The notes under the pieces were generated by a model that did not search any database, was not told the origin of the DNA, and saw nothing but the letters and a program-made list of their open reading frames with translations. From the NCBI GenBank assembly GCA_963713615.1, contig CAVQMM010000001.1:3840877-3904876 (forward strand): a stretch of 64,000 nt of DNA, in the 5' to 3' direction. Positions 30,991-41,038 of the stretch are shown here, one piece after another (position 1 is the first letter of the stretch; every line of letters begins with the position of its first letter). Both the position numbers and the translations under genes were made by a program. This DNA is from an uncultured Chlamydiae bacterium. Lineage in GTDB: Bacteria > Chlamydiota > Chlamydiia > Chlamydiales > JAJFMA01.

Positions 30991-31668
30991 GTGTTCCAGG
31001 GGTTTTCAGCGGCGGACGCGAGTCTGGCCGAGGAAGAAGATCAGAGGCTCTACGCCTTGACACAGATCGAGCGAACAGAGCGCAAGAATGGTTATGCCAT
31101 TATTGCGGGTGTTGATGAGGCTGGCAGAGGGCCTTTGGCTGGTCCTGTGGTGGCGGCAGCGTGTATTATTCCTCCCAAACTTCATGTATGTGGTGTTGAC
31201 GACAGTAAGAAATTACCAGCGGGTCAACGTCGCAAAATCTTTGAACGTTTAGTCAATGATTCTCGTATTATTTATGCAGTTGGTATTGTCGCGGTTGACG
31301 AAATTGATAGCATTAATATCTTTCAAGCTACTATCCGCGCGATGTTGCAGGCGGTAGATGGCTTGGCCACTATTCCAGATCTATTGCTTGTAGATGGTTT
31401 AGCGTTACCACACCCGACATTGGCGTGTCGGAAGGTTATTGGTGGCGATGCTCTATCGCAGTCGATTGCTGCTGCATCGATTATCGCCAAAGAGACGCGT
31501 GATGATCTGATGCGTGCTTATCATGATGAGTGGCCTGTTTATGGCTTTGCTAAGCACAAGGGATATGGTACACAGCAGCATCGCGAGGCTATCCAGGAAC
31601 ATGGACCCTGCCCCATTCATCGTCGCAGCTTTGAACCCCTTAAGTCCATGTTAGTGACAATTGGCTAG
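30991..31668 (+). CDS. rnhB: Ribonuclease HII
   Basis: [28 protein letters not shown] and KHKGYGT motifs. Confidence 0.95.
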   Translation: MFQGFSAADASLAEEEDQRLYALTQIERTERKNGYAIIAGVDEAGRGPLAGPVVAAACIIPPKLHVCGVDDSKKLPAGQRRKIFERLVNDSRIIYAVGIVAVDEIDSINIFQATIRAMLQAVDGLATIPDLLLVDGLALPHPTLACRKVIGGDALSQSIAAASIIAKETRDDLMRAYHDEWPVYGFAKHKGYGTQQHREAIQEHGPCPIHRRSFEPLKSMLVTIG

Positions 31669-32071
31669 CGCACCGCTTTGCGGTGCAGGGATATTTTGCG
31701 CAATACCAGGGGTTGCTAGCGCTTCGCGCTTTAGCACCCCTGGCTACCTACCGGTAACCGCTTCGCGGTTTAGGAAAATACATGCGGCTAGGCAACAATG
31801 GAGGGACGTTTTGTGCCATACCAGGGGTTGCTAGCGCTTCGCGCTTTAGCACCCCTGGCTACCTACCGGTAACCGCTTCGCGGTAACAATATCGGTGTGG
31901 TAGTCAAAAATCATGAACCGGGGGTCGCCTCCGGTGCATTGTTGCCTAGTCGTACGATTATCCTAAACCACGAAGTGGTTATCGGTAGGTAGCCAGGGGT
32001 GCTAAAGCGCGAAGCGCTAGCAACCCCTGGTATGCACAAAAATGTCCCTGCACCGCAACCGCGGTGCGCTA
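31666..32071. repeat. REP cluster family D (left of transposase)
   Basis: 38-bp palindrome CCAGGGGTGCTAAAGCGCGAAGCGCTAGCAACCCCTGG with a GTAG foot at 31706, 31821 and 31993; both cluster ends read TAGCGCACCGC. Confidence 0.92.
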
Positions 32072-32524
32072 GTCGAAGAGGTATCGCTCATCAACCTGGA
32101 TCTGATGAACCTTTAACAACCCCCGCATTTCATCTTCGAATGTTTTGGTTTTGTGGTGATGCTTTTGGTTCGCGATATAAGCTTGCACGACATCGGTGTT
32201 CGACTTGCTAACGCTGAAGGCGCCATATCCTGATTGCCACGAAAAAGCGTTCAAACCAGGTATTTTTGATCTAATCATCTTTGTTGTACTGATCTTAATG
32301 TCCCTTACCATATTGGGAATGTGATTATCTGGACTAGTACGCACAAGAAGGTGGATATGATCTGACATACCACCCATTTGAATGGCATCAACCTTTCGAT
32401 GACGAGCCAATCCACCAATATAACGAAAGAGACTCTCTTCAAAGGCTTCTTGTATCAGGGGAGCACGGTTTTTTGTTGACCAAACCAAATGAAAAAAAAG
32501 AGCGCTATATGTTGTCATTGACAT
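32069..32524 (-). mobile_element. tnpA: IS200-family Y1 (HUH) transposase, REP-associated (RAYT/TnpA-REP-like)
   Basis: HLVWSTK, HUH motif DHIHLL, WQSGYGAFSVS and catalytic YIANQ; flanked on both sides by REP clusters; no tnpB. Confidence 0.9.
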
Positions 32525-32590
32525 GTCGTGGTTGAGAACTACTCGTCAGGCACAAATGTTACAAATGGTTTGTTTAAAATACAAGTTATA

Positions 32591-32889
32591 TAGCGCACCG
32601 CTCTGCGGTGCAGGGACGTTTTTGTGCATACCAGGGGTTGCTAGCGCTTCGCGCTTTAGCACCCCTGGCTACCTACCGATAACCACTTCGTGGTTTAGGA
32701 GAATACATGCGGTTAGGCAACAACATACCAGGGATGGCTACCTATTGGTAACCGCTTCGCGGTAGCAATGGTTACAACATCCTAAACCACGAAGTGGTTA
32801 CAGACAGGTAGCCAGGGGTGCTAAAGCGCGAAGCGCTAGCAACCCCTGGTATGCACAAAAATGTCCCTGCACCGCAGCGCGGTGCGCTA
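32591..32889. repeat. REP cluster family D (right of transposase)
   Basis: Same 38-bp palindrome at 32631 and 32812, a collapsed copy at about 32728, and TAGCGCACCGC ends. Confidence 0.92.
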
Positions 32890-35682
32890 AGGGACATACC
32901 ATTGGCCGAATAAGACGCGAGGGTCACGTGGCTGGCGCTTCACTAGCCAGTCAGGTGGGGTCCAACCTTCATTCAGGAGATACCCATAGGCAAATACAGC
33001 ACTCGACATTGTTTCCCAAATCGTGAATTCGTTCATCGGAACCGCTAGCTGTGGATGCGCCTGGTAATTGCGCAAACGCGGTAAGACAACCTGACCATTG
33101 GTATACAGGCTGGGTTTAAGCATTTGTACGACCTTGCCAGATGCATCTTTTGGCATCCATAGGCTGTTGAATGCCGACAGGCTTCCTTCATTAGGTCCGT
33201 AGATGGCTATGCCAGGTACGGGGTCGAGGATTCCGTCGAGGTCACTTACCGCATGGTGAATAGGGATGGGATAGGTGAATCCGATCCCTGTGGTCCAGGA
33301 GGTTCCCGTAGCATTGCCTCCGAGCATGTAGTCGATGTTTAATAGAGCTGCCTGTTTATATTTTTGATCCTGAGTGAGGTGATGGGCAAATAACAACACC
33401 TTGGCAGCGTTAGTCATACAATCACCACCCCAGGCCATTTGAGTCGCCTGGGCAGGAGTACGACTGCGTCGATAGAACTCTTTGTCATTTAATACTTGGT
33501 AGGCATCTGCTAGGGAGATGAATTGATTCTTCCACATTGTGATGACATTGGCAGGAAGGGCTTGTGCCATTTGGGGCTGCATCAAGCCGGCAAAGAGCCA
33601 TAGACCGCAATCCGCTGGTACAAATGGCCATTTGGTGGGCAGTAGCTTAAGTTGTGAGGTTTTGCCATCTGATGCTGTGAAGTTGAAGCCTGCCTGAACA
33701 TCAGTTAACAGCTGTGGTAGGTCGGAAACGTAGCTGGCATCTTGAGTGAGGAGATAGAGACGGATCTTAGCCCCTACCACAAACGGCTTATTGAAATCGT
33801 CATTCTCACTAAAGGTGAAGCTATAATCCGTTCCCGTTCCACGGTTAGTCTTGGCAGGGACAGTGAGGGATTTTTCTGGGTATCCCAAGGCATTTTTGGG
33901 ATTGGTACCAAAGGTATAAGCTAGCTTTGCTGAAGCTTCATACTCAGCAGCTTTATCGGCATTGAAGGGTTTGACCAATTGAGCATACTGCGCAGCCGCT
34001 GCAGCATACAGCAGAGAGGTCCAACGCGTTCTCAACGAATAGGCGTAAACATACTTGGGGTCAGCAATTGAAGGATGAGTACTCGTTTCCAAGAAGCCGG
34101 CGACACCGCCTTCTGGCGTCATGCTTTTCTTCCATACAAGTAGACCATATTCGGCTTCGTCGAGAATATCTGGGATGCCATTTCCAGATTCCGGAATGTT
34201 GAATTGTTTGTCGGTGAAGACCGTGGGTTTGAGCTCGTATAGGTTGAGCATGTCCATGACGCAGGCATAGTGTCGAAGATTTTTGTCCCAATCACCTGCA
34301 TCGTGCCAACCACCCTGATGGTCTGGTGTTGATTTACTTCTGTCGGTGGTGCCCCCTACGATGTCAAAGATAGCCCATTTCTGAGGGTCCTGAAGAGGTT
34401 CGAAGAAGATGGGGACATATTGACATTCATAGGCGGGATCTGTGTGGCATTTAATACGTGGCCAGGGTGTGTGAGGTTGGCCGATGGCGATACCACAACG
34501 TTGATGGTAGAATCCCCTTACTTGAGTATAGAAGGCCTCGGCATACACATCGCTATCGATTGTGAAGGGCCAGGAGCGTCCTACCCCAGCAATAGCAATA
34601 AAATAGGTGCCGGGAGTATTGAGGGCGCTGAAGTCTAGTTCATAAATATTTTCCCCTGATACCAGAACACCGCTGTCAGCAGGCTGACCCGACGCTGCGG
34701 GAAAACGAGGGTTTGCTGCGCGCAGACTTACGGCTCCGGTAAGCACTGCTTGGCCGGAGTTGACATCCATTACCGTAAATGTTGGGGTACCTGATAGGGT
34801 TAGAGGACCTTGATCTTGCAGGTAGGCACCGACGTAGGCGAATTTGCCTGCATCCGGTTGGTAGCCTGTCTGATTCACTTTTATGGCCCTTGAGACCAAT
34901 GTCAGCTCATCATAGGTAAATGTGACACTTTTGCCATTAGCCAATGAGATGGTGTAGCTGTTCCCATCGACCATTGGAGAATGAAGTTCGAGGTAGGAGT
35001 ACTGTAGAAAGGTTGGGTCGATGCCGGGATATTGCTCGCCACCTACTGAAGTAACAAAACGGCTTACTGAGACTGGAGGCAGAGCTGCTTGATAGTTTTT
35101 GTCATTGCTGCTGGTGATGGAATAGTAGTTGACATCGTCCAGCTTTTGTTCGCCAGTATTGACTCTCGCCTGTCCGAAATACTTGGTTACCGGTGCAATC
35201 ACCTTCTGCTTTTTGTTGTACCAGTCAGGTTTGTTGGCTGCTACGCTACTTAACCACTGCTGTTGAGCCGCTAAAAAGTCGATTGAAGACATCGCCGAAT
35301 CATTTTTGACGAGGTTAGCGATTTCTTGGCATATCTCAGGGATATTATTGGTAACGACAATCACCCAGGTATTTGAAAGGGGCAGAAGCTGCGTGACTCC
35401 GTTATAAGATGGCATTTGTACAGGAAATAAGCCCTGTTTAGCTTGTGGAAGGCCATCCATGCCGGCTGCTGGGGTAATGGCATTGGCATTATCCGCCTGA
35501 CTGATAAGGCTATTTTGCGCTTTGGCTTGGGCAATTCTGGGAGCTAGTTTGCGGTTGATCGCTTCGAGGGAGTTGCTAGATGCGGGCGTTGGCTGGCTAA
35601 GGGGCTCTACTGCTATTAGAGAGGTAGAAGAGATCAAATTCCCTACAAAAAGCGTTAAAAAAAACATCTTAAGCCTGCACAT
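32887..35682 (-). CDS. Secreted glycoside hydrolase family 9 (cellulase-like) with Ig-like domain
   Basis: Signal peptide; VNQTGY Ig/CelD-type motif; FYHQRCG, GGWHDAGD, IPESGNGIPDILDE, YMLGGN and NEFTI motifs. Confidence 0.88.
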   Translation of the reverse strand: MCRLKMFFLTLFVGNLISSTSLIAVEPLSQPTPASSNSLEAINRKLAPRIAQAKAQNSLISQADNANAITPAAGMDGLPQAKQGLFPVQMPSYNGVTQLLPLSNTWVIVVTNNIPEICQEIANLVKNDSAMSSIDFLAAQQQWLSSVAANKPDWYNKKQKVIAPVTKYFGQARVNTGEQKLDDVNYYSITSSNDKNYQAALPPVSVSRFVTSVGGEQYPGIDPTFLQYSYLELHSPMVDGNSYTISLANGKSVTFTYDELTLVSRAIKVNQTGYQPDAGKFAYVGAYLQDQGPLTLSGTPTFTVMDVNSGQAVLTGAVSLRAANPRFPAASGQPADSGVLVSGENIYELDFSALNTPGTYFIAIAGVGRSWPFTIDSDVYAEAFYTQVRGFYHQRCGIAIGQPHTPWPRIKCHTDPAYECQYVPIFFEPLQDPQKWAIFDIVGGTTDRSKSTPDHQGGWHDAGDWDKNLRHYACVMDMLNLYELKPTVFTDKQFNIPESGNGIPDILDEAEYGLLVWKKSMTPEGGVAGFLETSTHPSIADPKYVYAYSLRTRWTSLLYAAAAAQYAQLVKPFNADKAAEYEASAKLAYTFGTNPKNALGYPEKSLTVPAKTNRGTGTDYSFTFSENDDFNKPFVVGAKIRLYLLTQDASYVSDLPQLLTDVQAGFNFTASDGKTSQLKLLPTKWPFVPADCGLWLFAGLMQPQMAQALPANVITMWKNQFISLADAYQVLNDKEFYRRSRTPAQATQMAWGGDCMTNAAKVLLFAHHLTQDQKYKQAALLNIDYMLGGNATGTSWTTGIGFTYPIPIHHAVSDLDGILDPVPGIAIYGPNEGSLSAFNSLWMPKDASGKVVQMLKPSLYTNGQVVLPRLRNYQAHPQLAVPMNEFTIWETMSSAVFAYGYLLNEGWTPPDWLVKRQPRDPRVLFGQWYVP

Positions 35683-35768
35683 AACAGCCCTCCTAGCATT
35701 TAATGTCTAAACGCCGACTATAGAGAGGGACTGGGAAATAAATCAAATTTTTGATATAACTATGTGTC

Positions 35769-36170
35769 TTACTTTTTAGATGCCGGAGTTGTCGAACTTT
35801 CCTTTTTCGGCTTGAGTTGGAAGGTAGCAGTGATATCTGAACCGGCTGGGGGCGGGTTGTTAAAGATCACATAGTAAAGTGCCGAAGGATAATCGATAAA
35901 TCCTTGCCCATACCCACCGATTAGCGTGCCATCTTCTCCATTATCTCGAAATGTGGTGACCCCATCGGTGAGGGATACTGTTCCTTTTACTACTTCCTGA
36001 TCTTTGAATTGCGGGTCGCTGCGATGAAATAGGAAGGTAGGTCCAAAGACCTTATTATTTCCATCGCCCGAGGCTAACTTAACCGTGATCTCTGCAGGTT
36101 TATCTGGTGCTGCGCTTATGGTGCAGCAGAAAAGTGATAGTATTCCACAAAAGAGGATTTGACGTAGCAT
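35769..36170 (-). CDS. Small exported beta-rich hypothetical protein
   Basis: Signal peptide, GGAG RBS, co-oriented with GH9. Confidence 0.7.
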   Translation of the reverse strand: MLRQILFCGILSLFCCTISAAPDKPAEITVKLASGDGNNKVFGPTFLFHRSDPQFKDQEVVKGTVSLTDGVTTFRDNGEDGTLIGGYGQGFIDYPSALYYVIFNNPPPAGSDITATFQLKPKKESSTTPASKK

Positions 36171-36216
36171 AGTTATGGCTCCTTAGTGGGAGTGTTTTAT
36201 TTTTACGATACATCAA

Positions 36217-37152
36217 GTGCTTTTTTGGAGGCTAATGAAAGAAAGCGGTAAATGGCAGGTAGCGGTAGCTTTGGCGGACCTGCGACGCGAACCATTGGAA
36301 GCTAGAGGCTTTCAACAACGCGATGCGCTTCAGGAAACTCAACTCCTCTTTGGTGAAGAAGTGCGCGTATTGGAGTTGCTGGGGCCTTGGGCGCGTGTCG
36401 AGGCTACAGAACAGCTGTACTTTAACGCCGATGGTCGTTGGCAGGGGTATCCTGGATGGATATTAAGAGACCAACTTGTGGAAGTAGCAGAGATTAAGAC
36501 ACCTAATATAGTGGTTCATGCCTATAGTACACTTCTTCAGGGACAACCCAACTTTCAGATGTTATTTGGTACACGTTTACATGCCGAAAATTATCCTGCC
36601 CGCGGAGAGTGGCAACAAATCGCTCTGACTGATGGACGTTCTGGAGCGGTGGCCACATCGGCGGTTAGTCCACTCGGTCGGACGTATTTGCCAAACGTCC
36701 TATGGGATAGGGCCACACCATTTTTAGGTACATCTTATTTTTGGGGGGGATGTAGTTCGAACTTGCAGCAGGCTGGATGGCCGAGATCAGGAGTCGATTG
36801 CTCCAGCTTGATGCATTTATTATATCGGACTATGAACGTTTCTTTACCGAGAAATGCGCATGATCAGTGGTTGCACTGTAAAAAGATCGCATCTCACCAT
36901 GTTAAGGAAGGAGATCTTGTCTTTACGGCTCCTTGCGAGAGAACAAGTCGGATGGATCATGTGATGTTATATGTCGGAGAGGAAAGGCTGCTTGAAGCAT
37001 CTTTGTCCGCCGGGATAGTGCGTTACATCACCTTCAAGGAAAAGCTAGGTCTAACCTTGGAAGAAATGCGGATGGGAAAGCAGCCGAATGATGTTGTGGT
37101 TGGGTTTGGACGTGCAGAGGACAGGTTTTTACCCCCTTCTAAGCCCTCATAA
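36217..37152 (+). CDS. SH3 + NlpC/P60 peptidoglycan-peptide endopeptidase (YkfC-like)
   Basis: ETQLLFGE, YFWGG, GVDCSS, LPRNA and HVMLY motifs; start may be ATG 36235. Confidence 0.88.
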   Translation: MLFWRLMKESGKWQVAVALADLRREPLEARGFQQRDALQETQLLFGEEVRVLELLGPWARVEATEQLYFNADGRWQGYPGWILRDQLVEVAEIKTPNIVVHAYSTLLQGQPNFQMLFGTRLHAENYPARGEWQQIALTDGRSGAVATSAVSPLGRTYLPNVLWDRATPFLGTSYFWGGCSSNLQQAGWPRSGVDCSSLMHLLYRTMNVSLPRNAHDQWLHCKKIASHHVKEGDLVFTAPCERTSRMDHVMLYVGEERLLEASLSAGIVRYITFKEKLGLTLEEMRMGKQPNDVVVGFGRAEDRFLPPSKPS

Positions 37153-37392
37153 TCGTATCTCGGCGCGCAGCGCTTTGGAGTACGTGTCGCTCGCGACCGC
37201 TTTGGATTTGGGCGAGCCTATTGAATCGCGCACCGTTCTTTGGAGGCTTAAACCCCCACAGTTACCCCTAGAGCGAAAGGTTACGTTTCTTGCAATGCCT
37301 AGTTCACCCAAATCCAAAGCGGTCGCAAGCGACCGCACTCCAAAGCGCTGCGCGCCGAGATATGATTGTGAGGGCTTAGGTTGAGGCCTATG
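37140..37392. repeat. Nested palindromic element family A, copy A4 (core a reversed)
   Basis: GCCCTCA-AATCGTATCTCGGCGCGCAGCGCTTTGGAG arms around core a. Confidence 0.92.
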
Positions 37393-37402
37393 GGCGCCCT
37401 AT

Positions 37403-39457
37403 CTAGTTGACGACGCTGCCATTGGGTAGATCTTGAATGGACACAAGCTTCAAACTATCTTCCCATGTGGCAGCTAAAATCATGCCTTGGCTTTCCACTC
37501 CCATAATTTTTGCGGGCAGGAGGTTTGCTACGACAATGACCTTTTTGCCGATCAGTTGCTCGGGAGTATAGAATTTTTTGATACCTGAGACGACAGTTCG
37601 CGATTCAAACCCCAAGTCGACTTGTAGCTTAAAGAGTTTTTTGCTGCTCGAGATAGGCTCACAGCTTAAAATCTCACCAACCCTGAGGTCTAACTTATCA
37701 AAGTCCTCGTAGCGCACGGCCTCCTTGCAAGGATTGTAGGCCGATTCCGTGACAACATCTTTCTTTGGTTGCGATAGCTTCTGTAGTTTAGCGCTTTCCA
37801 GTTCAATCTGGGCGTCCTCGATCTCTTTGAACAAGATTTCCGGTTTGGGTAGCGCTGTCCCCACAGCTAGTTCAGCAGAAAGAATCGTGTTCCAATTTTC
37901 TTTGGCTATATCCTCGGAGTGGCCTAGAAACTGCCAGATTTTTGTTGCTGCCTCAGGCATAATGGGTGAGGCTATCAGTGCCAATGCATTCAAGCACTGC
38001 AGGCAGCATGATAGGGTAGTCTCCATGCGTGGCCTTGTAGCCTCTTCTTTCGCATCTGTCCAGGGGCGTTTTGCATCAAAATAGACGTTGCCAGCCTGCG
38101 CCAAATCCATTAAGGCCTTGGTGGCACGTCGTAGTCTAAACGTAGCATATCCTTTATCGGCCTCTTCTACTAGGCTGGAGATTTGTAGTAGAAAGCGCGT
38201 ATCAACATCCTCAAGGGTATGTCTAGTTGGTATTTTGCCCTCGCAGCGCGTTTGCAAAAATGTCAGGATTCGGTTAACCAAATTGCCAAATTTACCAACG
38301 AGTTCGATGTTGCAGCGCTGCTGAAAATCCTTCCAGGTAAATTCGGCATCAGAGGTCTCTGGGGCATTGACGGCTAGGACATAACGAATCTGATCGGCTG
38401 AGTAGGTATTCAGGAACTCATCAAGGTCGATGTACCAACCATCAGACTTACTAAACTGACGTCCTTCGAGTTTTAAAAATTCATTGGCCGGTAACTCGTC
38501 GACAAGCTTGTAGGGGATGGTCTGACCCATAATCATAGCGGGGAAGATCACGGCATGAAACGTTAGGTTATCTTTTCCGATAAAATTCACTAGCTTAGTT
38601 TGTGGATCAAGCCAGTACTTCTTCCATAGGTCGGGTTCGCCCTTCTTCAACGCCCACTCTTGACTGGCAGAGATATAGCCGATGGGGGCATCAAACCAGA
38701 CATAGAGGACCTTTCCACCGGTATCAGGCAGGGGGATAGGGATGCCCCATTTTAGGTCCCTGGTGATTGGGCGTGGACGCAATTCCTCGATGTAACTTTT
38801 CACGAAGTTAGTCACATTCGGTTTCCAGTCCTTTGTCTTTAACCATGCGATAAGGCGCTCTTTGAACTTATCGAGGAGCAGAAACCAGTGTTTGGTTTTT
38901 TTGAGTACTAGGGGGCCACCAGTAAGCCGACAGCGAGGGTTCTTGAGGTCCATAGCATCGTAGCTGGAGCCACATTGCGGGCATTCATCCCCGCGAGCTT
39001 GCTCATAGCCACATTTGGGGCAGGTGCCGATGACATAGCGGTCGGCCAGAAAACGCTGGTCATCTTCGGAGTAGAGCTGATCTGTCACACGCGCTTCGAT
39101 ATATCCTTGTGCCAGGAGGTCATTGAAAAACTGATGGACAGGAGCTGGATGCCCCTCCCAGGTGGTACGTGAATAATGATCGAATGAAAAGTTAAGGCGT
39201 TGAAAGAGCTTCACGTTGAGTTCGTGGTAGAGGTCGACATGTTCTTTAGGAGTGCGTTTAGCTATTTCCGCACCCATGGTGATGGCTATCCCATATTCGT
39301 CGGATCCCGAAATGAATAGGACATCGTTACCTTTGAGGCGCTGATACCGCGCGTAACAATCGCCTGGCAAGTAGGCTCCTGCGATGTGTCCAAAGTGAAT
39401 AGTTCCATTGGCATAGAGTAGTGCTGAAGTGATTAAAATTTTCTGTGACATGATCAA
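37403..39457 (-). CDS. metG: Methionyl-tRNA synthetase with C-terminal tRNA-binding domain
   Basis: HFGH (HIGH) motif, zinc knuckles, YVWFDA, FSKS (KMSKS) and a C-terminal OB fold. Confidence 0.97.
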   Translation of the reverse strand: MIMSQKILITSALLYANGTIHFGHIAGAYLPGDCYARYQRLKGNDVLFISGSDEYGIAITMGAEIAKRTPKEHVDLYHELNVKLFQRLNFSFDHYSRTTWEGHPAPVHQFFNDLLAQGYIEARVTDQLYSEDDQRFLADRYVIGTCPKCGYEQARGDECPQCGSSYDAMDLKNPRCRLTGGPLVLKKTKHWFLLLDKFKERLIAWLKTKDWKPNVTNFVKSYIEELRPRPITRDLKWGIPIPLPDTGGKVLYVWFDAPIGYISASQEWALKKGEPDLWKKYWLDPQTKLVNFIGKDNLTFHAVIFPAMIMGQTIPYKLVDELPANEFLKLEGRQFSKSDGWYIDLDEFLNTYSADQIRYVLAVNAPETSDAEFTWKDFQQRCNIELVGKFGNLVNRILTFLQTRCEGKIPTRHTLEDVDTRFLLQISSLVEEADKGYATFRLRRATKALMDLAQAGNVYFDAKRPWTDAKEEATRPRMETTLSCCLQCLNALALIASPIMPEAATKIWQFLGHSEDIAKENWNTILSAELAVGTALPKPEILFKEIEDAQIELESAKLQKLSQPKKDVVTESAYNPCKEAVRYEDFDKLDLRVGEILSCEPISSSKKLFKLQVDLGFESRTVVSGIKKFYTPEQLIGKKVIVVANLLPAKIMGVESQGMILAATWEDSLKLVSIQDLPNGSVVN

Positions 39458-39460
39458 TAC

Positions 39461-40099
39461 CTAATAAAATTTACGTGGATGTTGCACCACTAAAACCTCA
39501 ATTTCAGTGCCAGGTACTCGTTTCCAGCCGAGGAGAACCTTGGTTTCGAGATCGACGTACAATGGCCCTGGGCTGGCTAGGGCGTACTCTTCGGTGATAG
39601 CCCGCGGGCTGGGGTTAGGACAGGAGAATTCCGTCTGAAAACCCTCTAAACTATGATGTGCACGTTTAATATCCGCCATCTGAGCATCATTTAAGCTGCC
39701 CCAGGAGACATAGGCGCCGGGGTAGCGGTTCTGAAGGAAAGTCCAGTCGAGCTTGACTCGTCCAAATAAATCCATGCTGTTGGGAAAAATTCTTCCGGTT
39801 GCTCGACATGTCATAGCGCGATGGATGTTAAACATCCTATTGTCATACTGGTGAAGGCCTGTTAGAAACAGGTAGGTTTTGCCAATGGTGGCGTAGGGTA
39901 GTTCAATCGAGCGCCTAAGAGGGAGCTTGCCATATGGCCCGGTGGGCATGCGAACCTTCGTGGCGCGCCAGCCCACCCACAACAGACCAACCATCAGGAG
40001 AACAAGGAAGATCATGATCGCAATGAACATGCTCAAGGAAGCATAATCGAGATAATCAAAAGGCAGTTGTGTTTGTCCGGTAGCAGCGAATGTTCTCAT
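39461..40099 (-). CDS. Conserved hypothetical membrane-anchored protein
   Basis: Single N-terminal TM, GGAGG RBS, within the gmk-metG operon. Confidence 0.7.
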   Translation of the reverse strand: MRTFAATGQTQLPFDYLDYASLSMFIAIMIFLVLLMVGLLWVGWRATKVRMPTGPYGKLPLRRSIELPYATIGKTYLFLTGLHQYDNRMFNIHRAMTCRATGRIFPNSMDLFGRVKLDWTFLQNRYPGAYVSWGSLNDAQMADIKRAHHSLEGFQTEFSCPNPSPRAITEEYALASPGPLYVDLETKVLLGWKRVPGTEIEVLVVQHPRKFY

Positions 40100-40117
40100 G
40101 CCTCCTAGGCCTTTTTC

Positions 40118-40393
40118 TTAGGATCCCTTGGCCCGACTTACTGTTTTCCAAGCCTTGACAGGCAATTTCTCGTTTTCTGGCTCAGCCAGCTCTTCGGGAA
40201 ATATTGGTTCTTTGTCATTCAAGATTTCTAGCAAGACGCGGTACATAGGATTCTGTACGTCGGTTCGCACATGGGAATCTCGGCCGCTCTTAAGCATTTC
40301 TTCAGCAACGCGTATGCTATAATTCACTAACTCAAATAGGCTCTTGAATCGACGAGTCAATTTTTCATTCGTCAACAGATCTTTAACATCCAT
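40118..40393 (-). CDS. rpoZ: Probable RNA polymerase omega subunit (chlamydial CT031-like)
   Basis: Position directly after gmk; TNEKL..FKSLFELVNYSI resembles the omega N-terminus. Confidence 0.65.
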   Translation of the reverse strand: MDVKDLLTNEKLTRRFKSLFELVNYSIRVAEEMLKSGRDSHVRTDVQNPMYRVLLEILNDKEPIFPEELAEPENEKLPVKAWKTVSRAKGS

Positions 40394-40425
40394 ATTATTT
40401 CTCCATAAAATGATTGAAGGTCCGT

Positions 40426-41037
40426 TTAGCTTTTGTCGCAACGCCATAGGTTGCGGTGTGTTTCGGCGATAACAATGCTTCGTAGTATCTGGTAAGCATT
40501 TTCGAGTTCATCATTGATGACTAGATAGTCGTATTGGCGGCTTGCCTCCACTTCCGTTTTGTCCCATTCCAAACGCTTTTTAATGACCTCAGCAGGTTCC
40601 GTGCGTCTTAGTGCTAGACGTCGCTTAAGCTCGTCGAGCGAAGGGGGCGTTATATAGATACTGACGCACGGTAGGATTGATCGTATTGCGCGAGCTCCCT
40701 GGGTGTCTATGACCAAAAACACATGTTTACCCTCGGCTTGCAGCTTTGCCACCCGTTCTTTAGACGTTCCGTAGTAGTTTCCATAAAGCTGTACATATTC
40801 TAAGAAGTCTTCAGCCGCAATGCGTTTCTCAAATTCTTGCTGAGTTACGAAGTGGTAGTGTTTTCCATCCACTTCAGTGTCTCTAGCAGGCCTGGTGGTA
40901 TAGGAGACACTGACAGCGACGGAATCAGAGAATTCTGTGATCAGGCGTTGGACAAGCGTTGTCTTGCCGCTACCCGTCGGACCACTCAGGATAAAAGGGA
41001 TACCGGTCGTCAGACTTCCTAGTAACTGCCCAGCCAT
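40426..41037 (-). CDS. gmk: Guanylate kinase
   Basis: SGPTGSGKTT, SYTTRPAR, YYGT and IDTQGA motifs. Confidence 0.96.
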   Translation of the reverse strand: MAGQLLGSLTTGIPFILSGPTGSGKTTLVQRLITEFSDSVAVSVSYTTRPARDTEVDGKHYHFVTQQEFEKRIAAEDFLEYVQLYGNYYGTSKERVAKLQAEGKHVFLVIDTQGARAIRSILPCVSIYITPPSLDELKRRLALRRTEPAEVIKKRLEWDKTEVEASRQYDYLVINDELENAYQILRSIVIAETHRNLWRCDKS

Positions 41038-41038
41038 C

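Noticed and set aside
31700..32860. Possible CRISPR array (38-bp palindromic repeats)
   Set aside because: Repeats occur in both orientations with irregular, mutually similar spacers, there are no cas genes, and they flank a Y1 transposase; this is REP organisation.
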